Shown in pieces: positions 50,879 through 64,000 of a stretch of 64,000 nucleotides of DNA. The notes under the pieces were generated by a model. The model was not told the origin of the DNA and did no database searches. It worked only from the letters and a program-made list of their open reading frames with translations. Position 1 is the first letter of the stretch. Each line of letters begins with the position of its first letter. The stretch is from the NCBI GenBank assembly GCA_016748015.1, contig JAAOMT010000046.1:943580-1007579 (forward strand), given 5' to 3'. This stretch comes from Geosiphon pyriformis uo1 (taxonomy: Eukaryota; Fungi; Glomeromycota). A program made the position numbers and the translations under genes.

Positions 50879-52255
50879 ATGAACATACAAAAATATCAAC
50901 AAATTCAACATTATATAACCACTCAACAGTTCAAGAAGAATTTATTTCAAACGGAACGAAAGAGTATCAAACAACAATCAAAATATTTTATCACTCACCA
51001 AAATATACTTTATCAGAAAAATAGAAGAGATCTAGATCAACCAACCAGAGTAATTACAGAGCCAGAAAAAGAGACAATATTATTTAACATGCACTCAAAT
51101 CTAACAGCAGGACATTTTCATAAAGAAGCAACCATAGAAAAAACCAAAAAAAAATACTATTGGTCATTAATGTATTCAGACATTATTCAATATGTTCAAA
51201 ATTGTGATGCTTGTCAGTGAAGAGGAAGAACAAGACCCAGTGAACCATTAAGACCAATCAAAGTAAGACAACCATTTGACTGTATTGGAATTAATTTAGT
51301 TAGATCATTAACAATCACCAGCAGAGGAAACAGATACATAACAGTAGCCATGAACTATCTCACTAAATGACCAGAGGCAAAAGCAATTCAAAAAGTGGAT
51401 GCAGAATCCATTGCCGAATTCATTCATCAGGATTTGATTTGTCGACATGGATGTCCAAAAGAACTATTATCAGACCAAGGAACGCATTTTGTGAACAGAA
51501 CATTAACAGAATTGAGCCAAAGATTCGGAATTAAAAAACTATTATCATCACCATACCATCCACAAACCAACGGATTAGTTGAAAGATTTAACAGAACATT
51601 GTGTAAAGCAATAGCTAAGCTCAGCCAAAAAAACCAGAATGATTGGGATTTGGTTATACCATCAATACTATTCACTTATCGGACAATAAAGCAAGACACT
51701 ACACAAGCAACACCATTTAAATTAGTATATGGTAGAATAACAACACTACCAGTTGAGATAAAAGTCAACACTTATCCAACAGAACCAATAACTGTAGACA
51801 ATTTTCAGGAAACATTACTAAAAAGAACATATGATTTGATAGAAACTCTAGAAAACAAGCGACGAAAAGCAGCTGATAATATTAAAAAGGCATAAGAAAA
51901 ACAAAAAAAGAGGCATGATAACCAACTACCAGACAAACCAGTTGAATTCAAGATTGGAAACAAAGTACTTTTACATCATACTAAAGCAGAAAAACAATGG
52001 AGTGAGAAATTTGATCCCAAATAGAATGGACCATTTCATATAAAAGAAATTCTAAGAAATGGAGCTTACAAATTAAGACTGGACAACAGAATCTTAGCCA
52101 AAGCAGTACATAGTGATTAACTAAAACCATATCACCAGATAGCATCAGCATCTACCAATAACATTCCACAACTGGGAGTACAAGAAATACTAGTCCAACC
52201 AGATGAAATTTTACAAGATCTGGAACCAATCATTATTATTGACAACAACACATAA
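50879..52255 (+). pseudogene. D integrase as a separate ATG-initiated ORF
   Basis: MNIQKYQQIQHYIT..., HSNLTAGHF...CDACQ, LLSDQGTHF, YHPQTNGLVERFNRTL, NGPFHI. Confidence 0.92.
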
Positions 52256-52314
52256 AATTAAACAACAAAAGAGTATATAAAGACATAGTCAATGTAACAA
52301 AAGATACCAGAAAA

Positions 52315-52944
52315 ATGGAAATCACTGACAACATCCACTCACTAGCACAACAACTCTTTTAATTAATTCAACACCAAGAAATGAAAATTACAATCAATTA
52401 ACAAATTATTCGTTACAAAAATATGGTAAAGAGACCACAACACAAAGCACAGAAAAAACTTGAAAATGTTGTTGACAAGATTATAACCAAAATAAAATTG
52501 GCCATAAAAAAACAACAAATAGTCAGATTACACCAAGACCTTACCAGAGAAACTTGAACTTGATGAATGTAACAATTTCTGAAAAACTATTGTTATTTCC
52601 ACTTGGGACAATACATAAATATCCAGAATTTGTATACTGACAAAACAAAATGGTTATTTGACACAACAATACTAAGACAACTAGAACAATTTGTGGAAAA
52701 GAACAATCTAAACACACAAGCTCGAGCCATTTACTGGTTATATATGGGATTTCAAGACTGACCAGAAATTTTACTCAACACAACAATGGATACAGTTACG
52801 AGTAATCAATTGGGAAAAATGAACAACACCCAATTTGAAGAACTACAAACTAAAATAACACAAGTAATACTCAAAAAAGAAGTTCAAGAAATAATTCAAA
52901 AAGGGAAATTAAAGGAATTAGATTTCGATGGAGCTTAATATTAA
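52315..52944 (+). pseudogene. D ORF3
   Basis: MEITDNIHSLAQQLF...ARAIYWLYMGF...QLGKMNNTQF...DFDGA. TATATAAA at 52274-81 upstream. Confidence 0.8.
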
Positions 52945-52957
52945 AAGGAGAGAATAA

Positions 52958-53823
52958 TATTACTCATAGAATATAGGAAATATAGTATTATTAGTCAGTA
53001 GATATTAACCAATCAGATATAGACATAGTAAATGTGAAATTCCAGAATTCCTCTGAAAGGAATTGCAAGATTCCAGGAATTTCAGGATTCCCTGACAAGG
53101 AATCGCAGAATTCCAGAATTCCAGAATTCCAGAATTCCTCTCATCAGAAATTGCAGGATTCCAAGAATTCCAGGATTCCTGGTGCAAGAAATGGAGGAAT
53201 TGAGGAATCTCAATTATGTATATATAGCAGTAAGATTAAAAGTTGAAAAGACAGATCTCTTTGTTTAGATTTAATCTAAGCAACTCTCCAAATCACTATC
53301 ATCTAATAAATAACAATTTGTTATCTCAAATTCATTTCCACTATCAACACTTTATGTTGATAGTAATTGACACTTAACCTTACTAGAACAATAGCTCTTG
53401 ATTATGGCTATTGATAGGATACTAATCTACAAATTGTCTTGGCTTATTTTTTTATATTTCTTTATTTTCTTTATTTTCTGTGATTTTGTTATTGTGCACT
53501 AACCAATTGATTAAAGCACTGATTACTGACATCAAGGATTGCCTGGTAAAAGACCCTTGCAAGTGGGTAAAACACATACAAAAGATACGAATTACTTACT
53601 AGAGGATTGCTGGCCACCAAGCAGAGAAAAAAATTTACAGACTTGCAAGTCTGGGAAGCTATGAATAAAACAACTATTGAATTTCTGTTCATTATACAAA
53701 GAACTCAACCAAAATCTTCAGATACCAACCACTTAAAGATATTATCAACAACACGAGTAGCTTTTGAGCACCAAGTTATAGGTTTGTTATTTGATTTGAG
53801 ACCCCAAATAATTACTTGTAACA
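52958..53823 (+). repeat. D 3' LTR
   Basis: Matches the 5' LTR; the first dinucleotide has mutated TG>TA. Confidence 0.93.
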
Positions 53824-56004
53824 CCAAACAAAATGTCTAAAATTACTAGAAATGGCAGCACCACCAACCTTAAGATAGTATTCATTGATAAAATGGGGCA
53901 GATGCCAACAAGAGAAAACCACAGCTCTGGCCAACTTATCCGCCTGCTCATTGCCCGAAATACCTGAATGACCTTTGATCTTATACCAATTAACATCCAA
54001 ATTCTTATGACGAATGATGTTTACAATATGGCAATGTTCAATTTAGCACCAATTCCTAAAATCCAGGCAAACCAGATCCAATTCCAACTTACAAGCATTC
54101 AAAACAGCTTGACTGTCTGAGAACAAGTTGACCGAATGAGAAGAAGGGACACACTCGAGAGCTAAAGCAATAATCTGCAACTCTGTCAAGGTAGAAGACA
54201 TCAAACCAGACACTTTCACACCCAAACTCATACCTATGTTTTCAAAGAAAACAGCAGCCCCAGGTCTCATATCAACAGTCTTCAAACCACTCAAAGATCT
54301 ATCCATATAGACAGAAAGATGACTAACATCAGAACACAACAAATTGGCACTGATAGCACCAAACTCACAAGACTGAAGAACATCTGAAAAGCCGCTATCA
54401 TCCAAAGGCAAGGAATAAACAGAAAGAAAAGATGCACCACCAAGAAATTGAACAGAAAGCTCAAACCAAACAGGAACTAGACCATGTGGATCCAACCACT
54501 TCTACTGTCTGAAGGTTTTTCAATCAAAAATAGCCCTACTTCGGTCACATAGCTGGTTCATAAAGACAATTTCATAATGCCAAAGTGAAGAAACACACTT
54601 AAAATAGGTTGATTCACCAAGAACAAAAGACATAGGAGTTCTACCTCAATGACAAAAAGCATTGGTCAAAGAGCCATCTAAGAACAAATCATGTCCAGAG
54701 AAAACGCACATCATATTTGCTAGAAAATTATTTAAAGGATTAATCTTGACATGAACTGGGCATTGCAAAGAATAAAGTGGATACCAGCAGAGGACCTGAA
54801 AATCATATGACTGGTAAAAGAATAAACAACCCAAAATCCCAACAAAGTTTGTGAAAAAAACAACCAAAACCAATTTACTCTCAGCCTGAATCTGCTCAAA
54901 AGTCTTCAAACCATACAGAGAAAGATGATGAATTGCATCACTAAGGAAATCACATGGCAAGCCAAACTTAAATTTCAAGTCCTTATGAATCAAAGTGTTC
55001 CACTTTTCACAAACACTGACAAGAACATAACTGAATTGTGTTCTATAGCCAACAATAAGAAAGAGAACCACCAAAACCAAATACGAAAACTGTTTATTAA
55101 ATACTGCCTTTTTTAGGATTCAATTAGCAAAAAACTGGATGTCAGAATGTGCTTTAGCCAAGCTAGACTTTGAAAAACTCTTAGTTAATAGATAGATTCC
55201 TAAATAGCAATGTGATTTCTCTTTCTTGACAATAGAAATAGGTGACTCGCTGATTAACAAAAAAAGATCTGTAACCTTGCAATTGATGGAAATGGCCACA
55301 GTCTTGTCATTATTAATCAAAATATTATTGATATTGAAAAATTTACTAACAACATTAAGAATGTGCTGTGTAGTACTTCAACTGCTGCCAACCCATATAG
55401 TATCATCAACAAAAGCACTCATGGCAAAAAAAGAAGAGAGACCAGCCCAAGATTCAGCATGATCACATTCAGAAATAAAGTAAGAATTCAACCTATATCT
55501 ACACCCATCTGCTTGTCTCTTGATTTCACATAAAAAAGGATCATAAAATATGTGCCAGAGGAATGGTAAAAACATCTCTTCCTGGTCCAAGCTGTCGTGT
55601 ACCCTATACTCATCTATCAAACCAAAATCTGTCATAATCCTATTAACGCAACCATTATGGATACTACCAAAAAACCTAATGAACCTGCTACATATCTTTA
55701 TCCTAACCAAACTGTTTTGAAGATGCTCTTACCCAACAGAATCATAAGTCTTTCATATGTTCTGCAAGACCAACTAGAGTTCATGACCCTTCTCCAAAGC
55801 ATTTTCAATTACTGAATCAATGGCAAAAATAAAAGACTACATTGTTATACTTCTTAGAACCAAAAAATTGTCTCCATACAAAACATCAAAAGTACTGCAT
55901 GCTGACAAAATCTTATCTGAAAGAATCTTGGAAAAAATTTTATGGGCAGTTTCAATCAAGGCAATAGGTTGGGTGTTTGTAAGAACTCTTTCTCATTCAT
56001 ACAA

Positions 56005-59000
56005 TGTTATTCATAAAAAGAAAACAGATATAGAAAAAATAATAAACCAATAAGAAAATAATAGTTAGCACATGAGCACATTGCTCAGCAATATGGAGCA
56101 ATGTCAGAAATCACAGCATATTACTCAGCAATGTGGAGCAATATTAGAAATCACAGCACAATGCTCAGCAATATGAGCATTGCTTAATAAATTATAGCAC
56201 ATCACTTGAGAATGTGAGCAATTTTGTAGAATCCAAATTATGTATATATAGTGATAGCATTAGAAGTAGAAAGAACAGACCTCTCAGTTTAGATTTTGTC
56301 TAAACAATCTTCCAATTTACAAATATCAAATAAATAATTATTTTTTATCTCAATTCCACTCTTCACTATCAACACTTTATATTGATAGTAATTGATACTT
56401 AACCACACTAGAACAATAGCTCTTGATCACGGCTATTGACAAAATACTAACTTGTGCATTGCCTTGGTTCATTTCTTTATTTCTTTTATTTTTTTTTCTT
56501 TGATTTTATTGTTGCATATTAATTAATTAAGGATTAAAGTGCTGAATTATTGACATCACAGATAGTCTGGTAAAAAACCCAGAAATAAGGGTAGAATCAT
56601 ATATATATTAATGGATAGCTTACCAGAAGGGCACGACTGTCAGATTAAACCAGCCATCACACTGAAGACAGAAATTGGGAAAACAACTTACCAACCATAT
56701 TGTTATTGAATCTCTGTCTATTATACAAAAGACTCAACTCTAAAACCTTCAGATACAACCTACATACTAGTATTACCAGCATTATCAAGATATTGAGCAC
56801 CAAGTTATAGATTTGTTATTTGCTTTGAGACTTCAAATAAACATTTGTAACATTTGGTGCTCCCTATAAAGTATAATCTTACAGAGAACTGGTACCAACA
56901 ACAATCATCCAAAAGTGACAGAATCAGAAAAAATAGGAGCAAACCATTTAGGATTTGCCAAATTCTTATTTCAACAGTACAGCCAACAATTAGAATTAAA
57001 CAATAACCATTTTCCAGCAGAATCAGCCTTTAACTTCTACATTAACAATAAAATCACAGACTGCTTAGGAGGAACAGTTAACATTAAATCCACAAGGAAG
57101 AATTTCTACACAGAATTATTTCAACATACCAGCTTACCAAAAAACTACAGTTTCGTACCAATCATTAAGAAAATCAATCAAACTATTGAGAAGTATACAC
57201 AACAACAATTTCCCATCCCTTATGCAGACAAAGACAAAGAAAAATTGCAAACACCAGCAATAACACCAAAACAAATACAACCACATACTTGGAAGAAAAC
57301 CAGAGTTGAATTACCAACAAACACATTATACTACTATACACCCAGAAGTGCATCAACATTTTATCAACAGACACATCCACATTACACATAACATCAACCT
57401 TTGGACAACTTCCATTTCAAAGTAAACAAAAAAAAGCAGAATTACTAGGAACCTATGGCGATTATTTTGAAGGATTTAAATCATGATCACTGACACCATC
57501 AGGATTTCAATCACTGCCACTTCAACCAGATTTTGAAAACACGAGTCCCTGAGAGATAACAGAATCAGAGGAGGAAGAAAAAGAAGTCGAAGATCAAGAA
57601 TTTACTTACCAGAACCTGATTCCAGAAAATCCGGACATTAAAACCCCAAACTTTTAAACTCAGCAAAATCTAAATTTAAAAAATCTGGAGATTGAAACCC
57701 TGAATTTTCAAATGCAGCACAATCAGAATGATTAAAACCCCAAAACAATTAATCAGCAAAACTTACCTCTAATAATTGTCATCAATCAATCACCAATTAA
57801 ACCAATTATTGAATCAATTCAACAGCAGCCACTTCAACCATCCCAACAACTACAACAGCCACTTCCACCACCACAACAACCACCTTAACAACCACTAAAA
57901 CAACAAATCATAGTACTAATGGCATATGCTTCTATTGCCAAACTTGAAAAATTCACTGGTGAAAAGGACGATGTCTAAGTGTGGCTAAACAATATGCAAA
58001 AAACCATCACAGCCAATAGATGAGATGATGCCAGAGCCATACAAGCCATCCCCTATTTTCTCCAAGATACTGCTGATTCATGGTATCAAAGCTTGGTTAA
58101 CAAACTCTAAGATTTTAATGCATTCAAGCTTGTGTTTCTACAATATTTTAGTAATAATAATAGCATCAACCAATTAGCCAATACCTTCATCACAATTAAA
58201 CAAGGAGAAACTAAAGCAGTTACCATTTACTTGGGACATTTTTACAGGAATTTGTGCCAAATCCAAGCAATTCAAGCTGACTATTTTACAATGCCTCAGA
58301 TTCTAAACCAGTTCATTTGTGGATTACACAGTAGTATCCTTTAACACATACATCTAATGCATCTAGCAGATCTGCAAGCTGCCATTACAAATGCCAGAAA
58401 TTTTGAAGCAGCTAAACTGAAAGCTAACCATGTCTAAGCCATCAATCTAGTGATGAATGAATCATCTGAATTGGATTCTAAGTTGAAACAATTCAGTAAT
58501 TCTATCAACCAAAAATTAGAGGAATACTTAGCTAACAATTAGGCAATCTATCAACCTCCACACCAACATAATAATCAAGAAAACGCAAATTGTTTCCAGA
58601 ATCAGTCGCATCTATTATTATCAACCAATCAACAGTGACAACAGGAAATTCGTGTTTGCCACTATTGTGGTAAACAAGAACACCTACAAATTAATTGCCA
58701 CTGTTGTTTAAATAACCAATGATCGGGAAATCAATATCAAAATCCCGATTGCCGGTTTCAACCTCCAAATAATCCACCAAACTCAGAGCCATATCATCAG
58801 AATTACCTACTTATAATGCAGCAGCCACTTTATTAACCACCAGTATATCAAGTGCCAATTTATTAATTAATGACACCAGCAATATATCAGCTGTAGTCAC
58901 AAACCATTTATTAACCACAGCCTCAGGTAATCTATCAGCCCCAACAAATTCAAACACTGTCACAGAACTTACCTCAAAACAGAACCCAAAGGCCAAAATT

Positions 59001-62000
59001 AACTCAACAAAGCTGGAGATCATTGATGGTAGTCTACTAACTGATCCCCAGTTCTTTCACACAACCAACAGAATCTCAACAATGGAATTTGGGCACTAAG
59101 TACACCCAAAACCCAAATTCTCAGAACTATTTAAGTCTTCTGGTTACTTCAGAAGATGCCTCACCCAACACCCAAGAACCCAACCAGAAGCAACCACTTA
59201 TCAGCAATATTCTACCAACCACCATCATAGAAGATGAGTCTCTAACAGCTATATTTCCTTTTGAAATCGAGGAACCATTAGAAACCTCATTGTTCAGTGG
59301 AGCCACACTTGAGAAAAAACCCATCACAGTGATGTACACTGATGCCAAAATTGATGGTCAGTCTATCAAACTGATTCTAGATAGTGGATCTGCTGGCAGC
59401 ATCATTACAAGACAGCTCATAGACCAATTAGGTTGCTGAGTTGATAGAGCTGCCAGTGCAAGGATAATTACCATTGATGGAGCCACCAAGACTTCAATTG
59501 GTGAAATAGATGTCCTACTTATTGAAGTCAATAGCATTATTGTACTGATCAAGATATTAGTCATGGAAGCCACTCAGTACCAAGCACTTGTTGACAATGA
59601 CTGGCTATCCAAAACTTATGTAATGCTTAATTGAAACACCCAAAAGCTTCAGCTTAGTCAAAATGGTCAACACACATGTATACCAACCATGTGTGGCCAC
59701 TTCAAGCCAATCACCACACCAACAGCACCACTTATCAAATTCGAGGAAGAAAAAGAGAAATCTGTCTGAAAAGCTTATCAGGTTTTATGGGCTGACAGCG
59801 ACCACAATGAACTACCACTAATACTATTCTGGGACAACAACAACAAAGAAAAGCAGAAAGAAGAACTTACCTGGAATACTGACCAAGCCTGGAAAATTGA
59901 CAATGACTAAGAAGAACTAATAAATTGAAAGTGGGAAGAAAATAAAAAGGAAAAAGAAAAAGGAAAAGAAGAAAAACCAACACCTAACAGCACTAATACA
60001 TATAATTCATACACCACACCTCAATGATCCACTTATTACCACCCAAAACTGGTATGCATTGATTATGGCAAGAAATTGTTGTCAATAGGTGCTTGTTGTG
60101 GTAACAATGAAGAATACCAAACAGCAACCAAATTCTACTGTTGTCCATGCATCATTGAATGCTTTGGAAGACCAAAGCGAGTTGGCAAATGGGACAATAA
60201 ACCATGCTTGGCTTGTGGAGAAACTCTCCTGGACAAAGAAATGTGGAATGACATTCTTGGACAAGGAAGAATGTGTAATAAAATGTGTTAATATACAATC
60301 CTAATCAATGACTGGATATGCAAGGGAACACCAATTGACAATGTTTAGAAAAGAGTGTTGTAATGATTGGAAAGATATTTCTATGACAAATATGAACTCT
60401 GGAGAATGGCATATGCGAAAACAGAAGGTGTGACAACCAGTGAACTCTTAAAAATTAAAAACAACTCTCTGTCTTTTTTTGAACCCAAATATGTTCAAAC
60501 TTTTGATGTCTTTGGCAACATCAAGGACAATCCAAAAGAATTCCATGAACATTATCAGTGTTTAGCACCCACTAAAGAAGAACAAAAGCAGTGGTTAGAG
60601 CAGTTGAATACTTAATTATGTCAATACTGCTTAATCTTATGTGACTTTCAATATTGTAATGAGTACGACCTTATTTACAATCCACCATCATGCATGATTT
60701 ACACAATCCCAGAAGAAGATGAACCAATTACCTACTGTGCATTGGAATTGGGATCAACTTTCAACCCCGATTCAAACTTTGACAACAATGATGACAAAAA
60801 CAACAGTTCCAGTTCTGCTCAATATGTCAACAAAAATAACAACAATTTGGACTCCAATTTAAACCCTGAAACATATATTACACTCCCTGATCTCACCAAA
60901 AAGCAAGAACTGAAATGGTTCAGTAATAATAGAGAAGGTATTATGCCAGAATGTGTACATGATACTGATGCAGGGTTTGATCTGAGATATCCAAGGAAAG
61001 ATGTCATCAAATTGGAACCCTATTTGTGCACCAGTATTGATTTCAAAATAGCACTGGAAATTTCAGCAACAACTATGGTTCAATTAGCATTTAGGAGTAG
61101 CCTAGCAAAAAAAAAATCAACATCAGAGAAGGAATAATTAACGCAGGATATATAGAAAATATTATTGCTATGCTACAAAATGATTCAAAAAAAGCATATA
61201 TTATAGATCCAAATGAAAAGATAGCACAGGCAATATTTCTACCTCTGGTTAAAGTAGCTAAATTAATATTAGTGAGAAACAGAAGAATTAGGAATAACAA
61301 CAAAAAGGATACAGAGATTTGGATCCACAGGTAGAATAGACATACCAGTTAATATAGCAGAGGAAGAAGTTATTGGAAAAGGAGAAATTATCTCAACCCG
61401 TCAATTAATTTTCATTCTACCATATAACCAGTATATATTAGCTATAAAAAGAGAAGTAAAAGATCAAGCCCAATTGTTCAAAGTAGAAGCCACTATCTGT
61501 AAATCAGGAGAGATTAGACTCATTAATCTCTATATATTAGCCAAAAGCCCCAAAAATATCAAAATTCCCATTTACAACATATTTCAGAACTATCCAGAAA
61601 TACTGTTACACTTTGATATGGAAACCATAATCATTAACCAATAAGAAAAAATGAACAATACACAAGTGGAAGACGTGAGAAACAAAGTCAAACAAACAAT
61701 ACTTGAAAAAAAAATATTAAAATTAATTCAAAACAAAGATTTCAATGGAGCTCAATATTAAAAAAAAGGAGATAATGTTATTCATAAAAAGAAAACAGAT
61801 ATAGAAAAAATAATAAACCAATAAGAGAATAGTAGTTAGCATGTAAGCACATTGCTTAGCAATGTGAAGCAATATCAAAAATCACAGCACATTGCTCAGC
61901 AATGTGAAGCAATATCAGAAATTATGGCACAATACTCAGCAATATGAGCATTGCTTGAGAAATTATAGCACATCGCTCGAGAATATGAGCAATCTTGTAA

Positions 62001-62623
62001 AACCCAAATTATGTATATATAATAGTAGCATTAGAAGTAGAAAGGACAGATTTCTCAGTTTAGATTTTGTTTAAACAATCTTCCAATTCACAAATATCAA
62101 ATAAATAATTATTTTTTATTTCAATTCTACTCTTCACTATCAACACTTTATGTTGATAGTAATTAATACTTAACCATACTAGAACAATAGCTCTTAATCA
62201 CAGCTATTGACAAAATACTAACTTGTGTATTGTCTTGGTTCATTTTTTTATTTCTTTTATTTTCTTTTCTTTGATTTTATTGTTACATACTAATTGATTA
62301 AGGATTAAAGCACTGAATTATTGACATTATGAATAGTTTGATAAAAGACCCAGAAATAAGGGTAGAATCATATATATATTAACAGATAACTTACCAGAAG
62401 GACATGACTGCCAGATTAAACTGGCCATCATGCTGAAGACAGAAATTGAAAAAACAACTCACCAACCATATTGTCATTGAATCTCTGTCCATTATATAAA
62501 GGACTTAACTCTAAAACCTTCAGATACAATTCATGTACCAGTATTACCAGTATTATCAAAATATTGAGCACCAAGTTACGGATTTGTTATTTGCTTTGAG
62601 ATCCCAAATAATCATTTATAACA
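56005..62623 (+). mobile_element. Element F: D-related LTR retrotransposon lacking RT, RH and IN
   Basis: LTRs 56005-56852 and 61776-62623. PBS TTTGGTGCTCCC. TSD ACAA/ACGG. The post-dUTPase linker is joined to the ORF3 C-terminus near 61579. Confidence 0.93.
56915..61579 (+). pseudogene. F gag-PR-Cys-rich-dUTPase
   Basis: NHLGFAKFLF, CHYCGKQEHLQINC, LILDSGSAG, DTDAGFDLRYP, RSSLAK, EKIAQAIF. Confidence 0.9.
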
Positions 62624-64000
62624 ACGGCTTAGGAATCATTGAAACCCAAGCTTCTTTCCAAGTACCAGGTATTGATTCACAGATCAAATAAGAATTTAAA
62701 AGCACCAAAAGCATATTCAAAATCGATTTATTACAATGTTTTCAGAGCTCATTCAAAATTCCAAAGAGACCAGCAGCTTTGCCTTTGGGCAGATCAGAAA
62801 TTACACTAAACAACTCATCAAAACCAACAGAACATATCATGTCAGAAAAGACATCATCAAAAACATACTCCAAAGACTGGTATTGGTAAGACCAAACATT
62901 TGAAATATCAGACACCACCCTGCACTTCCTGGTCCAATCTTTCATAATCTCATCCACCCTAAATTTAACTAAGCTTGGCTCTAATACCAACTTGTTATTC
63001 ACAACCAGATGATCCAGTACCACCTTGTGAAAGGAGCACTCCAAAACACTCTTAATGATGTAACCCTTGTCTGATTCAAAACTTTCTATTCTCTTATTAA
63101 TAGCCACCTTGATACATGCTTCCTCAGTGTGTCTGGATTCCAACAACTTAGAAGAGCAGTAAGATTTCTTCATCTTAGCCAAAGCCAAACAAATTGTGTC
63201 AAAATTGAAACCTAAAAGAAATAAAGACTTCACCACTGACACACTATTAGCATTGAGCTCACCCCACATATCCAATAATGAAGCAAATTCCTCACTAGAA
63301 ACCAAACAAGAAGCCTTAACCAGCTTGAACACCAGCAACTCCAGCTTATGAAACCTTAAAGAATTTCTGGTAAAAACACTATCAAAATCCTTGAATCATT
63401 TCTTCCTAAATATCTTATTTGCTGAAAGAGTCATTATCTTGTGCAAAACATTCCACATAACATCTAAATTCGAGAGCTTTACAGCAGCATTAAACTCATT
63501 AGCAAACATTCTAGCATTGGCTGATGTGGCATCTTTAAAATTTTTCCACCTATTGTTATCAGCACTCCTAAAATCAAACTTCCAACGATCTCTATTAGCT
63601 GCTTATGAAAAGAGTTCAACTGGATATCCAACAGACTGTCCAGGCCCACAAAAACAGAAACTATCCAATGATTAGTGTAAAAATGTTCATTCATATCTAC
63701 AACATTGTGACTTATTACTACATTGACCAAATTAAACAAAACTAGCACGTAATTAATCGTTTTTTTCATGCTCTTCAAATTTTCCTACATAGGACTTTTC
63801 ACTACTGGGTCACCTGACAAAGAGTTGACCAGCCCCAAGTCAAGACATCTTTTAAAACTTGCACTTTTACATAAACTGTCTTTATTGAAATCACTACCCA
63901 GAACAATGAAAGAAGATTTATTAACAGCCTTAGCAATGAGAGAGTTGACTTCACCAGCCTGAGAGAACCAAACTACAGAAGAAGCACCAGCATACAGCCC

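Larger units (their letters stand above)
36419..53823 (+). mobile_element. Ty3/gypsy-type LTR retrotransposon D (complete, about 10.2 kb without E)
   Basis: LTRs 36419-37286 and 52958-53823. PBS TTTGGTGCTCCCTG from 37287. PPT AAAAGGAGAGAA at 52943-54. TSD CCAA/CCAA. Confidence 0.95.
35485..64000 (-). mobile_element. LINE-2 (my label; APE-RT-RNase H), split by D and F; 5' part lies beyond the window
   Basis: Poly-A end at about 35485-35495. Pieces 35485-36418, 53824-56004 and 62624-64000 are collinear (RHFV|WDVF; MIPKP|YE). Motifs VYMDRSL, FSDSQA, KIKGHSG, AFVDDTIW, IVLGSDFN. Confidence 0.9.

Noticed and set aside
53030-53185. Canonical heat-shock element or telomeric repeat
   Set aside because: It has TTCnnGAA pairs, but GAA and TTC abut without the 2-nt spacer needed for three consecutive units. 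It is internal to LTR U3 and not telomere-like. Kept only as a tentative motif.

Overview
This is eukaryotic, very AT-rich DNA made almost entirely of nested retrotransposons. I found no host gene, RNA gene or CRISPR array. The protein style resembles repeats of Glomeromycotina fungi such as Geosiphon; this is from recall and is unverified. Layout (element letters are my labels): (i) Ty3/gypsy element H (632-9607, minus) sits in an eroded LINE (9608-12084, plus) and is itself hit by LTR G (1-631). (ii) Four-level nest: a full-length LINE with APE, RT and RNase H (14087-35319, minus, 16-17 bp TSD) > solo LTR C > non-autonomous LTR element B with an ~87-bp satellite > complete gypsy element A (18900-28746). 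(iii) A second LINE (35485 to beyond 64000, minus) carries gypsy D (36419-53823, containing deleted element E) and deleted element F (56005-62623). All copies are damaged by C>T/G>A transitions. Best candidate for an undescribed system: an LTR-retrotransposon lineage with one gag-protease-Cys-rich-dUTPase-RT-RNase H ORF, then an integrase in a separate +1 frame with its own Met (same offset in three divergent families), then a non-env ORF3 with a candidate TATA box. These elements have TGTTA...TAACA ends, make 4-bp CpG-centred TSDs reminiscent of Ginger1 DNA transposons, and carry a U5 hairpin that pairs with their own primer-binding site (PBS).
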